A DNA stretch of 64,000 nucleotides from an uncultured bacterium. Its GTDB lineage: Bacteria; Muiribacteriota; Ozemobacteria; Ozemobacterales; Ozemobacteraceae. A program made the position numbers and the translations under genes. The stretch covers positions 12,161-76,160 of the forward strand of contig CALEDQ010000018.1 of the NCBI GenBank assembly GCA_937949615.1, read 5' to 3'. This document shows positions 28,971 through 37,580 of the stretch, piece after piece (within the stretch, counting starts at the first letter, position 1; each line of letters starts with the position of its first letter). A model generated the notes under the pieces. The model had not been told where the DNA came from. It did no database searches and saw nothing but the letters and a program-made list of their open reading frames with translations.

Positions 28971-29286
28971 ATTTCCTCCACCTGAATCGCCTCAATTATT
29001 CTGCATTATAACACCACCATGCTTTGATAGCGCGCAACAAAAGGCTGTTTATCTGCCAGCCGAGACAGTATGAGAGCAAAACACCGGGTCACTTTCTTTC
29101 AACATTTACAAGCGGCAGCCAGAAAAAAACTTGAACAGCTGCCCAGACATGCAAAACCGGCCTGCCGCGCGTCACCTGTATGAAGCAGCTGGCAGGACCT
29201 TGAGACTTCGGTGACTGTAACTGATCTATCTCGACAGCAACCGGTCCAATGGCCTTGTCGGGCAGAATTGCTTGGAATCAGAGTCT

Positions 29287-29865
29287 TTACTGTGCTCTGA
29301 GCTTTTCGAGATCGGCGCCTTTACCGCTGTAGATAAAGGAATAAGCCATATCAGGATTTGCCTGATAATGCGTGATCAGATTCAAAGTCACCTGTTTATA
29401 GACTCTGGCCTGAGCAAGCATGGCGCCGCCAGTGGCACCGGTTCCGAAAGAACGGTCAGCAATCGGCGCTTCAGGATCTGAAATCCAGTTGAGCATTTCA
29501 AGTTCAAAGGCTTTGTCTGCGAGAGCGATGCCAGCGGCAACATAATCGTCAACCCGCTTGCCGTCATCCTGATGCGGCAATAATTTTTTCACAACTGCAG
29601 CGACGTTGGCCATCTCAGCTTTCCAGGCTTCGAGATAGGCTTCGTTAACGTAATTTATTTCCGGGGTGGCCTGGGCCATTTCAAAATCTTTGGCGAAGGC
29701 TTTTTCGATCGGATTATTTATATCGAGATCGGTTTCCTGAGTTACAGCGGCCTGTTCGGTTGCCGGCCGCCCGGCAGCGTCAGCCGGTTTGACTTCGCCG
29801 GCAAAACCCGGTGCGGTAAAAGCGAGTAATACTGCAAGAATCAGGTGATTGAAATTTCTTTTCAT
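29287..29865 (-). CDS. Hypothetical secreted protein
   Basis: Start at MKRNFNHLILAVLLAFTAPGFA with GGGGA RBS. Confidence 0.55.
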   Translation of the reverse strand: MKRNFNHLILAVLLAFTAPGFAGEVKPADAAGRPATEQAAVTQETDLDINNPIEKAFAKDFEMAQATPEINYVNEAYLEAWKAEMANVAAVVKKLLPHQDDGKRVDDYVAAGIALADKAFELEMLNWISDPEAPIADRSFGTGATGGAMLAQARVYKQVTLNLITHYQANPDMAYSFIYSGKGADLEKLRAQ

Positions 29866-30246
29866 CTTGATGTCCCCTTTTGCTCTGAAAATACAGGTTC
29901 CCACAAAAAATCCGGGCGATTACAGCCCTATGTGTAGAAGCCTGAGTCTATCAGATCGTTAATGATTCACCAACTGATTTTTACGCACAGAGCGCCAGGC
30001 CTCGTTCAACCACGACATAAATTCCTGCCGCGCCCGTGCAGGCTTTTTAATGCGCTTACAAAAAGGCCGGGCGCCACGATTCTCATCAGAACCTTCATTT
30101 GCCGCAAAAACTTGAACCTTTGCAAGGTTTGTGATATTTTTCATAATCTTAGAGAGGACCAGAGGGTACACAAAATAAACCAGCCAGTTTTACGGTTTTT
30201 AGCAGAACGCCACCACGGCAACTACTCCAAAAGCAGGATTAAACCT

Positions 30247-30936
30247 ATGAAGCATGCTCTTATTGTCATTTTTTGTCTGATTTCGCTCGCTGCAACAGCA
30301 GCCGAAAGCCTGCCGCTGCAGCTGGCAACCGGCACCGCATGGGTCTACAGCGCTGACGTCAAAGCCGAAACCGACGGCAAAGAACTGAGCGAAACAATCA
30401 CCTGGACAACCGAAATAACCTCGGTAACCGCCTGGGAAAACATTACTTTTGCCAAAGGCTCTGGCCTGCCGAGCGACCTGACCTTTTATGAAAAAGGCAA
30501 AAAACCGTCACCATTTCTGATGATTCTGGCCGGACCATGGCGCCTTTATCTGATCCAGGGCGACGAGAGAATCAAAGAAGTCTGGGAAAAAGCCAGCACC
30601 GGCGAGAGCCTTGGCGAATCAGTTACCGAAGCCGACCTGCTGCTAGATCTGCCACTGGTAGAAGAGAAGACCTTCGGCGAAACTTCGCAGCTGCTTTCAG
30701 GCATTCCGATGTATGTTTACCGGGTCGAAGGCAAAACACCATTTTCTGCTGCAGCGGTAAAAGGGCTGCAGGTCGCCGGCACCCCCGAAGAGATTTCGCT
30801 CAGCCTTTCTACCGGCCCAGATACAACTACCTGGAAATTCACCCATGGCATCGGTTTTACCGGTTACATCTACTCGCATCACGGAACCACCAGCGAAGTC
30901 AATTGCCGCCTGGTCGAATTCAGGCCCGGAAAATAA
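30247..30936 (+). CDS. Hypothetical secreted protein
   Basis: Start at MKHALIVIFCLISLAATAA (signal peptide), not ORF start 29962. Confidence 0.55.
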   Translation: MKHALIVIFCLISLAATAAESLPLQLATGTAWVYSADVKAETDGKELSETITWTTEITSVTAWENITFAKGSGLPSDLTFYEKGKKPSPFLMILAGPWRLYLIQGDERIKEVWEKASTGESLGESVTEADLLLDLPLVEEKTFGETSQLLSGIPMYVYRVEGKTPFSAAAVKGLQVAGTPEEISLSLSTGPDTTTWKFTHGIGFTGYIYSHHGTTSEVNCRLVEFRPGK

Positions 30937-30957
30937 TTACACCATCAGGAGAAAACC

Positions 30958-31698
30958 ATGAAACGCCTCTTAGTCACCCTCACCTTCCTGTTATTGGCTG
31001 CCAGCTGTCAGGCCGGCGATATTGCCGAATTCCGGCCGCTCGGATTCTCCGAATCAGGCCAGTATTACGCTTTTGCCCAGATGGGCATTCACGATGGCTC
31101 AGGGGTTCCCTATGCGGAACTTTGGGTGATCGATGTTCTGAAAAATGAGCAGTCGGCCACCAGCGCCATCGAACTGACCGACGACAAAGATATCGAGACA
31201 GGTTCAGCCGAACCGGCACTCAAAAAAGCGATTGAAGCCGCCAGGCTTGAACGCTTTGCGCTGAAAGTCAATGAAAACCCGGGTTCTGACCTTCTGATTC
31301 ACCTGCCGACCGACCACAGCCCCTTTACCGGCAACATTTTCTCGCTGACGCCCGGAATCGATGGCGGCGCCTCAGGCATTACCGCAAAATATGAAGTCAG
31401 GCTAGAAACCACCGATACAACCCCTGCCATCAAAGATATGCCGACTGATTTTGGCCCGGCAAAAATGCTTAAACTGTCTATCGCCGGTCTCGAAGAAGCT
31501 TCCGGCACCGTGCAGATTCTACAGCAGGATAAACGCCTTCCGAAAAGCCGCGCCTACCCGCTTTCTTATCAGGTTCGCCGGGTAACCAGCTGCAAAGACG
31601 GCATTGTCGTAATCGTTTCTTATACCAGTCCCGGTTTTGAAGGCCCGAATCTCCGCTATATGGCGATCAGTGGCCAATTCACCCCGGTGCAGCAGTAA
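30958..31698 (+). CDS. Hypothetical secreted protein
   Basis: Signal peptide MKRLLVTLTFLLLAASCQA. Confidence 0.55.
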   Translation: MKRLLVTLTFLLLAASCQAGDIAEFRPLGFSESGQYYAFAQMGIHDGSGVPYAELWVIDVLKNEQSATSAIELTDDKDIETGSAEPALKKAIEAARLERFALKVNENPGSDLLIHLPTDHSPFTGNIFSLTPGIDGGASGITAKYEVRLETTDTTPAIKDMPTDFGPAKMLKLSIAGLEEASGTVQILQQDKRLPKSRAYPLSYQVRRVTSCKDGIVVIVSYTSPGFEGPNLRYMAISGQFTPVQQ

Positions 31699-31739
31699 CC
31701 GCAGATAAAGTTCACAAAATTTCACACGGAGAAAAAAAT

Positions 31740-32309
31740 ATGATCAAAACCAGATTCACAACTATCGCTCTCGCATTTATCGTGGCTGCAGCCTGCCAGA
31801 GCTTCGCCGAAACCGAAGTTAAGCCCGCCGCAACCGCAGCTGTAGAAACCGCGTCAGCAACTGCTGTAACAGGCGATGTTGCCAGCGCCACGGCAGAATT
31901 TCCGCTGATGCTCAAGGGAACTGAAGTATTCATAAGCATAGACGCCAGTCGCGATGACCTGGCTGCAAAATTGACGCCGATTATCGGCGAAGCTACCGAA
32001 ATGGAAGAAGCAAACAGGCTGCAGTATGATTTCCAGATTGCAACCGACTCAGCCCCGGTAACCCTTTTCATCGACTGGAACGAAGCCGGTAAAATTGCCG
32101 AAGTCTGCATCGATGGTGAAGAAGTTCCGACCAAAGAACTGCAGGCATGGCTCGAGAAGAATGCCGGAACCGGCAAAGACGGCGAAAAAGAAGAAGGTTA
32201 CAAAAACACCGTCTGGGAACATCAGGGCTGGAAATTCACCCTGAGAGCCGGTGGTGATGCTGAAGACACCGCGTATTCCTTCACCGTCGCTCCGCTGTCG
32301 GCAAAGTGA
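31740..32309 (+). CDS. Hypothetical secreted protein
   Basis: Signal peptide MIKTRFTTIALAFIVAAACQSFA. Confidence 0.55.
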   Translation: MIKTRFTTIALAFIVAAACQSFAETEVKPAATAAVETASATAVTGDVASATAEFPLMLKGTEVFISIDASRDDLAAKLTPIIGEATEMEEANRLQYDFQIATDSAPVTLFIDWNEAGKIAEVCIDGEEVPTKELQAWLEKNAGTGKDGEKEEGYKNTVWEHQGWKFTLRAGGDAEDTAYSFTVAPLSAK

Positions 32310-32347
32310 TCAGAACCTTTACAGCGCGATCTGAAACGGAGAATTCA

Positions 32348-32995
32348 ATGAAAAAAATCCTGACTTTACTGGCATTAATCATGACCATTGCCTCGATAGG
32401 TCTGGCAGAGCCGATGAAGCTCGAGCCAGCTCAGCAGAAAAACCTGAACGTATTTTTCAGCAACTTCTCTGAAGCCCATGTGGCAAGCTTTTCTCAGGGT
32501 GCTCTGACCGATCAGACCATGATCGACTTCGCTCTTCGCCATTTGTATATCAACAAGTTCAAATCGCTAAAACCCTCTAAAGACGGGTATTCTGTCACGG
32601 CTACCACCGGGCAGGTCGACACGGCAGCGATGAAATACTTCGGGCAGAAACCTTCGCAGCACAAGGAAAAATCATATTCAATACCGGTCGCCGATGGCGA
32701 TATGTTTGTTTTCTCACAGCTCGATACGCTCGAAGACCTTGGCAGCGATACTTTCAAGGCCAGCGGCACCATTTACAGCACCGGTTCAGGTGGTACGCCA
32801 GATGTGCATGCAACTCCCGCAGAATGGGAAAAGGCAGGCGAAGAAGTGAGTGTCGCCGGCAAATTCTCGGCTTTGATCAAAGCTCAGGATGAACGCCATA
32901 TTCTCGTCGAATATCTTCCGATCGAAAGCGCGCCCGACGAAACCGAACCGGGTGCCAGCACTGAACCGGCCGCTACGACAGACAAAAAGGAATAA
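32348..32995 (+). CDS. Hypothetical secreted protein
   Basis: Start MKKILTLLALIMTIASIGLA with GGAGA RBS. Confidence 0.55.
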   Translation: MKKILTLLALIMTIASIGLAEPMKLEPAQQKNLNVFFSNFSEAHVASFSQGALTDQTMIDFALRHLYINKFKSLKPSKDGYSVTATTGQVDTAAMKYFGQKPSQHKEKSYSIPVADGDMFVFSQLDTLEDLGSDTFKASGTIYSTGSGGTPDVHATPAEWEKAGEEVSVAGKFSALIKAQDERHILVEYLPIESAPDETEPGASTEPAATTDKKE

Positions 32996-33000
32996 AATCA

Positions 33001-33774
33001 ATGAAAAACCGCAACAGCATTATCATGCTCGTCTTAGTTCTGTTCATTTCAGCAGCCGGCAGCGCTGAAGCAATTACGGCAAAATTCTGGACCGAAACCA
33101 GCTTCATCGGCGTCTCCAGAGAAGAAGCTCATAAAATGCTCGGCAAACCAGCTGATGCTGGCGAACTCGACACCTGGCTCATCTCAGACTCTCCGGAATT
33201 CCTGATGATGGGAATGCTTGGTTACGAAAACGACAAGGTCACGAATGTGTTTTCCGTTTGCCAGCCGCAGGTGAGCTTTGAACAGGTCAAGGGTCTTCAG
33301 CTGCAGTCGCCGCTGACTACCGTAGTTTCTGACGATGCCAGAGGCATCCTGTTCAAATACAAAGAACCTGCAGGACCGGTATTTATGTGCATTTCGCCGG
33401 CCGATGACGCCAGCACCGGGCCGATGATCTGCGAATCCGTTTCAGACCCCCTGGCCGGCTCTGAAGCACCTGCAGCAGAACCCGCCAAAAAGACAGAAAG
33501 CGCCCCGAAGCTTGATAAAGAGCAGGTCAGAGCACTTGTAATGAAAGATATTTTCGACTGGCAGCAGCTCGAAGAAGCCGGTAAAATCGACCTTATAAAT
33601 CAGATCAAACAGGTCTGGCGCGCCAACGGTCACGAAACCGACGCCAACGCGATGGAAGCCGCTGCCATCAGGGAAAAAATGGTTCTCGGCGATCAGGCGA
33701 ACGTGTTTGAGTCTGCATGCAAAGCCGCCGGCATTGACATGGAACCTTACTGGAAAATCTACAATCAGGAGTGA
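33001..33774 (+). CDS. Hypothetical secreted protein
   Basis: Signal peptide MKNRNSIIMLVLVLFISAAGSAEA. Confidence 0.55.
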   Translation: MKNRNSIIMLVLVLFISAAGSAEAITAKFWTETSFIGVSREEAHKMLGKPADAGELDTWLISDSPEFLMMGMLGYENDKVTNVFSVCQPQVSFEQVKGLQLQSPLTTVVSDDARGILFKYKEPAGPVFMCISPADDASTGPMICESVSDPLAGSEAPAAEPAKKTESAPKLDKEQVRALVMKDIFDWQQLEEAGKIDLINQIKQVWRANGHETDANAMEAAAIREKMVLGDQANVFESACKAAGIDMEPYWKIYNQE

Positions 33775-33779
33775 TCATC

Positions 33780-34643
33780 ATGCCTTCATTAAAACCGGTG
33801 CATGCCCTGTTTCTCGCTTTTTTGCTGGGTTCTTCGGTTTCAGCACAGGCCGAAACCTGTAAAAGCCTGAGCGAGGCTCTGGCCAAACCAGAAAAAGTGA
33901 CCATACTGAATCTCGGAATGGTGTATGAAGAAAATGCCGAACCGGTCGAAGAGCCCAACCCGGATTCTTCATTGAAGCATCTGCCGGCAGCCTTTGGCAG
34001 TCTGACCAATCTGAAAGAACTGAATATCTGTGGTCTGGAGGCTCTGGAAGAATTGCCCCCGGAACTCGGCAATCTGAAAAACCTTGAAAGCATCGTTATC
34101 GACAATGGCAACGGCTATCAGATGAATATCTCGCTGCCAGAAACGATTGCCGGCCTCGATAAGCTGAAAGTTCTGCGTCTTTACGGAGCTTTCGACGCTT
34201 CAGGCATTATGGAGAACGAGAAATCTGAACCCATCGCGGCCAAAAAGCTGCCGCAGGCTCTGGGAGCGCTGCAAAATCTTGAAGTGCTCGACCTCGGCAG
34301 AAACGGGCTCAGTGAATTACCGCCACAGGTCGCATCTCTTTCGAAACTTGTCAGTCTCAGTCTCGATTACAACGGCATCAAGGAACTGCCCGAGTTTGTC
34401 GGCAATCTTAAAAATCTGAAAAATCTGACGATCAACTGCAACGGCGGAACCACTCTGCCGGATTCACTGAAAAACCTGAAAGGCCTCAACATTGCCATGG
34501 GCAATGCCGCCTTGCAGCTCAAAGACCAGGAAGCGCTGCGAAAGCGTTTTCCCGAAGCCGTTTTTGATTTTTCCAGTGAATTCGACGACGAGACCGCCAA
34601 CGAAATGATTCCGGAAGCCCCTGCCGATAACCCGGAAAACTGA
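33780..34643 (+). CDS. Secreted leucine-rich-repeat (LRR) protein
   Basis: Repeated LxxLxxLxL...ELP units (LKELNICGLEALEELPPELGNLKNLESIV, LSELPPQVASLSKLVSLSLDYNGIKELPEFVGNLKNLKNLTI). Signal peptide. AGGAG RBS. Confidence 0.75.
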   Translation: MPSLKPVHALFLAFLLGSSVSAQAETCKSLSEALAKPEKVTILNLGMVYEENAEPVEEPNPDSSLKHLPAAFGSLTNLKELNICGLEALEELPPELGNLKNLESIVIDNGNGYQMNISLPETIAGLDKLKVLRLYGAFDASGIMENEKSEPIAAKKLPQALGALQNLEVLDLGRNGLSELPPQVASLSKLVSLSLDYNGIKELPEFVGNLKNLKNLTINCNGGTTLPDSLKNLKGLNIAMGNAALQLKDQEALRKRFPEAVFDFSSEFDDETANEMIPEAPADNPEN

Positions 34644-34727
34644 TCGACCCGATTCTTTTTCGGCACCTTAAACCAGTCTGTAAAAGCCATTATGGCCGAC
34701 GCAGGCTGGTTTTTGTTACCGCCGCAT

Positions 34728-37580
34728 TTATGCAGAGCCTTGCCCGGAAATATGGCTTAAGCGAACCAGGCAGGCTTCGACTTCCTGAGTTTTACCTTTG
34801 ACGTGGCGGATCGGCAACGTTTCGGCGGTGAATCCTTCAGGCAGAAAGCCTTTCAAATGACCGGAAATAACGATGCCGCCTTCTGCCTGCTGCGAAGCCA
34901 CATAAGCCAGCCTGGCCGCCAGATTGACCGGATCGCCAACCACAGTTCGCGACAGCCTGGCTGTTTCTGCGCCCATTATGCCTGCAATCGTCATGCCTGC
35001 GTTAATGCCGATGCTGATTTTTGCACCCGCCTGAGCCTGCATGCTTTCAGCGATGGCTCTGGCGATGTGGATGGCCGGCCCAACAACCGGGGTGTCAGCG
35101 TCATGCTCGAATACTATCATCACCTTGTCTTCGATCATTTTGTCGATTTCACCACCAAAGTTACGAACAGCGGCATCGGCGACCTGCAGATGAGTCTGCA
35201 GCAGCGCAAAAACCTCTGCTGCCGAATGCCCGGCCTGAAATTCTTTAAAGCCATTGATTGAAGAAAAAATAATGGTGGCATATCTGGCTTCGGTGCGATC
35301 AGCAACGAATTTATCGCCAGATTCGGTAACTTCACGAACGACAGAGTCAGAAACATAGCTTTTCAGCCTTTCTCCTTCATCGAGACTGCGCGCCATGGCG
35401 TTGAACGAATTGCCGATATCTCTGAACTCATCAGGGTGCTCGACATTAACACGAAATGCGAAATTTCCGACATAGATCTGTTGTGTCGCTTCGGTCAGTT
35501 TCTGTAACGGAACAGTGAAATACAATGCAGCAATCCAGGCAATGAAAAAGCCTGACAGCACAAGCAAAAGCACTATTCTGCCAGCCTGCCAGGATACTCT
35601 GGCAACAAAAGCCGGATAGTTTTCGAGACTCTCACTGCCAGCAAGGATATCGGGGGTAAAATTGCCCGGCTTCGCTGCCATTATTATTGTTTGACTGGCA
35701 GTTTCGGTAACCCCGGAAACCACTGAGCGAATATGGTGTGCCTGCTCACCCACATTAACCAGCTCAGGAAATTTATGGCGCAAATCCGGCAGATTATAAA
35801 CATGGCTTTTAAAATATGAATATTCTCCGGTAAAAGCCAGTCGTGGCGAGCCACTCAGAAGCCTGAGCCGGTCTACTGGAAACAGAGAATTGTGCGTACC
35901 CTTCTTAAATTCCCATACCAGATAGGCATAAGGCCTGTTTTTCCAGAAAAACAGCTTGAATAGATAATAGTAATTTCTGTATTTGGTATTGAATGAGAAT
36001 ACCGGGTCGTTGTTCTGTCTGAAACGATAGTAACTTTCTGAACCAACTGTTTTCAAAAAGATGTCACGTGCCAGCTCAATTTTCAGCTCCTGATTCAGCC
36101 GTAGAGACCTGCCGTTTTTATTGTCGTTTGAATTATCTACTGCAAGTCCTTTATCTTCGAGCATTTCATCGGCCCGCCAGATAAACATGCTGGTCAGCGG
36201 GTTATCGACTTTATCGATCATATGCTTATTAAATTGACGATCTAAGTAAGTTTTTACAGCATTTCTACCAAACGGTACCAGGCAGAGCGAAATGCCTCCA
36301 AAGCCTTTAATATTAAAACGATCAAGAAAATTGCAGAGATATTCTCCATCGTTACCTGAATATTTCTCTCTGCTGAAGTTGCCAATGTCTTCAAAGGAAT
36401 TAAAAAATCTGAGCTCGCTCAGTACTCCTCTGAACAGGTCACGGCTCTGCAGGTCAGTTTCGTTGAGATCTTCGGCCAGCGTTTCGGCAACACGTTTTTT
36501 TTCATTTGCATAACTGCTGGAGAAAAAGTCAGCGATATAACCGGTAGCGGCAAACACCGGAATGATAATCAAAAACAGAAAAAACACCGGCAGCAGGGTT
36601 TTTATCGAAAAATCATGCCCCCTGCCAAGAAAAAATTTCTCCATGATGTATTTGAACAACACACAGGAAATGATGCCAAGAATAGCGACCACCAGTCCAT
36701 GAGAAGCAGATTTTTCAGGTGGCGGCAATGGTTTTGCTGCAAAAAATCTGCACTTCATCTTTGGATCATAATCAGCAAATGCAATCTGATGGCCTGAATA
36801 CTGAAGAGACCAGCTTCCAGAAATATTATGATGCAACTTGCCTGCAATGTAACTTTTCAACGCCGGCGCCGCATCAAAAAATTTCGAAAAAACCTGGGTC
36901 CTGGCGTTTTCGAGCCAGACACCAACCCCCAGGTCTGAACGATCATAAAAACGGGTTTTTATCGCAATGTTTTTCTGCAGATTCATTTTTTTTTGATCTG
37001 TCAGAATGAAGACGTAAATGTTGTCAGACAACCATCGACGGAAAAGAACCGGAATAGACTGCTCCTGGTAAAGTGCCAGTTCAAACAGCAGGCCCTCCAG
37101 AGCATTTTTATAAAAAGATCTATAAAAACTTCTGTTGCCGGAATTTATTATGCCACTGGCAGAGGCAATAAACTCGTAACATCTTTTTTCATTTTTAGCT
37201 GACCTCAGGGTTGATAACCCAAGTTCGGTTCCGAATAAATAGTGATGCGTGGTGCCCGAAGCCGTGCTATCAATCACGACGAATTCTATTTCGACCGGAA
37301 ACGGAATCTTTCTGACAAAATCAGGAAGCTGGCGGCTCAAAAAACTTTTGTAATTTTTGCTGCCAACATTTTCCAGCAGTTTTTTCATGTTTGAATGCAC
37401 CCACACGGAACTTTCGTAGGTCTGCGCCATCTGCTGCAGCTCAACGGTCAGAGTATTTGCAACCTGCCTGGCAATTTCGCTATTACGTATATTCTCAGCA
37501 TTCTTGAAAGCCAGATGCGTGCTGATAACTGGAAAAAAAAGACCGATTGAGAGCAAAAATGCCAGAAGAATCTTTTTCAT
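34728..37580 (-). CDS. Membrane sensor class III adenylate/guanylate cyclase (large periplasmic sensor + HAMP + cyclase homology domain)
   Basis: C-terminal cyclase homology domain (CHD) motifs ATIIFSSINGFKEF...FGGEIDKMIEDKVMIVF...VGDPVNLAARL. HAMP-like linker. N-terminal transmembrane (TM) segment + roughly 600-aa extracytoplasmic domain. Confidence 0.8.
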   Translation of the reverse strand: MKKILLAFLLSIGLFFPVISTHLAFKNAENIRNSEIARQVANTLTVELQQMAQTYESSVWVHSNMKKLLENVGSKNYKSFLSRQLPDFVRKIPFPVEIEFVVIDSTASGTTHHYLFGTELGLSTLRSAKNEKRCYEFIASASGIINSGNRSFYRSFYKNALEGLLFELALYQEQSIPVLFRRWLSDNIYVFILTDQKKMNLQKNIAIKTRFYDRSDLGVGVWLENARTQVFSKFFDAAPALKSYIAGKLHHNISGSWSLQYSGHQIAFADYDPKMKCRFFAAKPLPPPEKSASHGLVVAILGIISCVLFKYIMEKFFLGRGHDFSIKTLLPVFFLFLIIIPVFAATGYIADFFSSSYANEKKRVAETLAEDLNETDLQSRDLFRGVLSELRFFNSFEDIGNFSREKYSGNDGEYLCNFLDRFNIKGFGGISLCLVPFGRNAVKTYLDRQFNKHMIDKVDNPLTSMFIWRADEMLEDKGLAVDNSNDNKNGRSLRLNQELKIELARDIFLKTVGSESYYRFRQNNDPVFSFNTKYRNYYYLFKLFFWKNRPYAYLVWEFKKGTHNSLFPVDRLRLLSGSPRLAFTGEYSYFKSHVYNLPDLRHKFPELVNVGEQAHHIRSVVSGVTETASQTIIMAAKPGNFTPDILAGSESLENYPAFVARVSWQAGRIVLLLVLSGFFIAWIAALYFTVPLQKLTEATQQIYVGNFAFRVNVEHPDEFRDIGNSFNAMARSLDEGERLKSYVSDSVVREVTESGDKFVADRTEARYATIIFSSINGFKEFQAGHSAAEVFALLQTHLQVADAAVRNFGGEIDKMIEDKVMIVFEHDADTPVVGPAIHIARAIAESMQAQAGAKISIGINAGMTIAGIMGAETARLSRTVVGDPVNLAARLAYVASQQAEGGIVISGHLKGFLPEGFTAETLPIRHVKGKTQEVEACLVRLSHISGQGSA

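Noticed and set aside
29959-30171. 70-aa minus-strand ORF in the 29866-30246 intergenic region
   Set aside because: It has no RBS, sits in a divergent promoter region and is more likely non-coding, though a small protein cannot be excluded.
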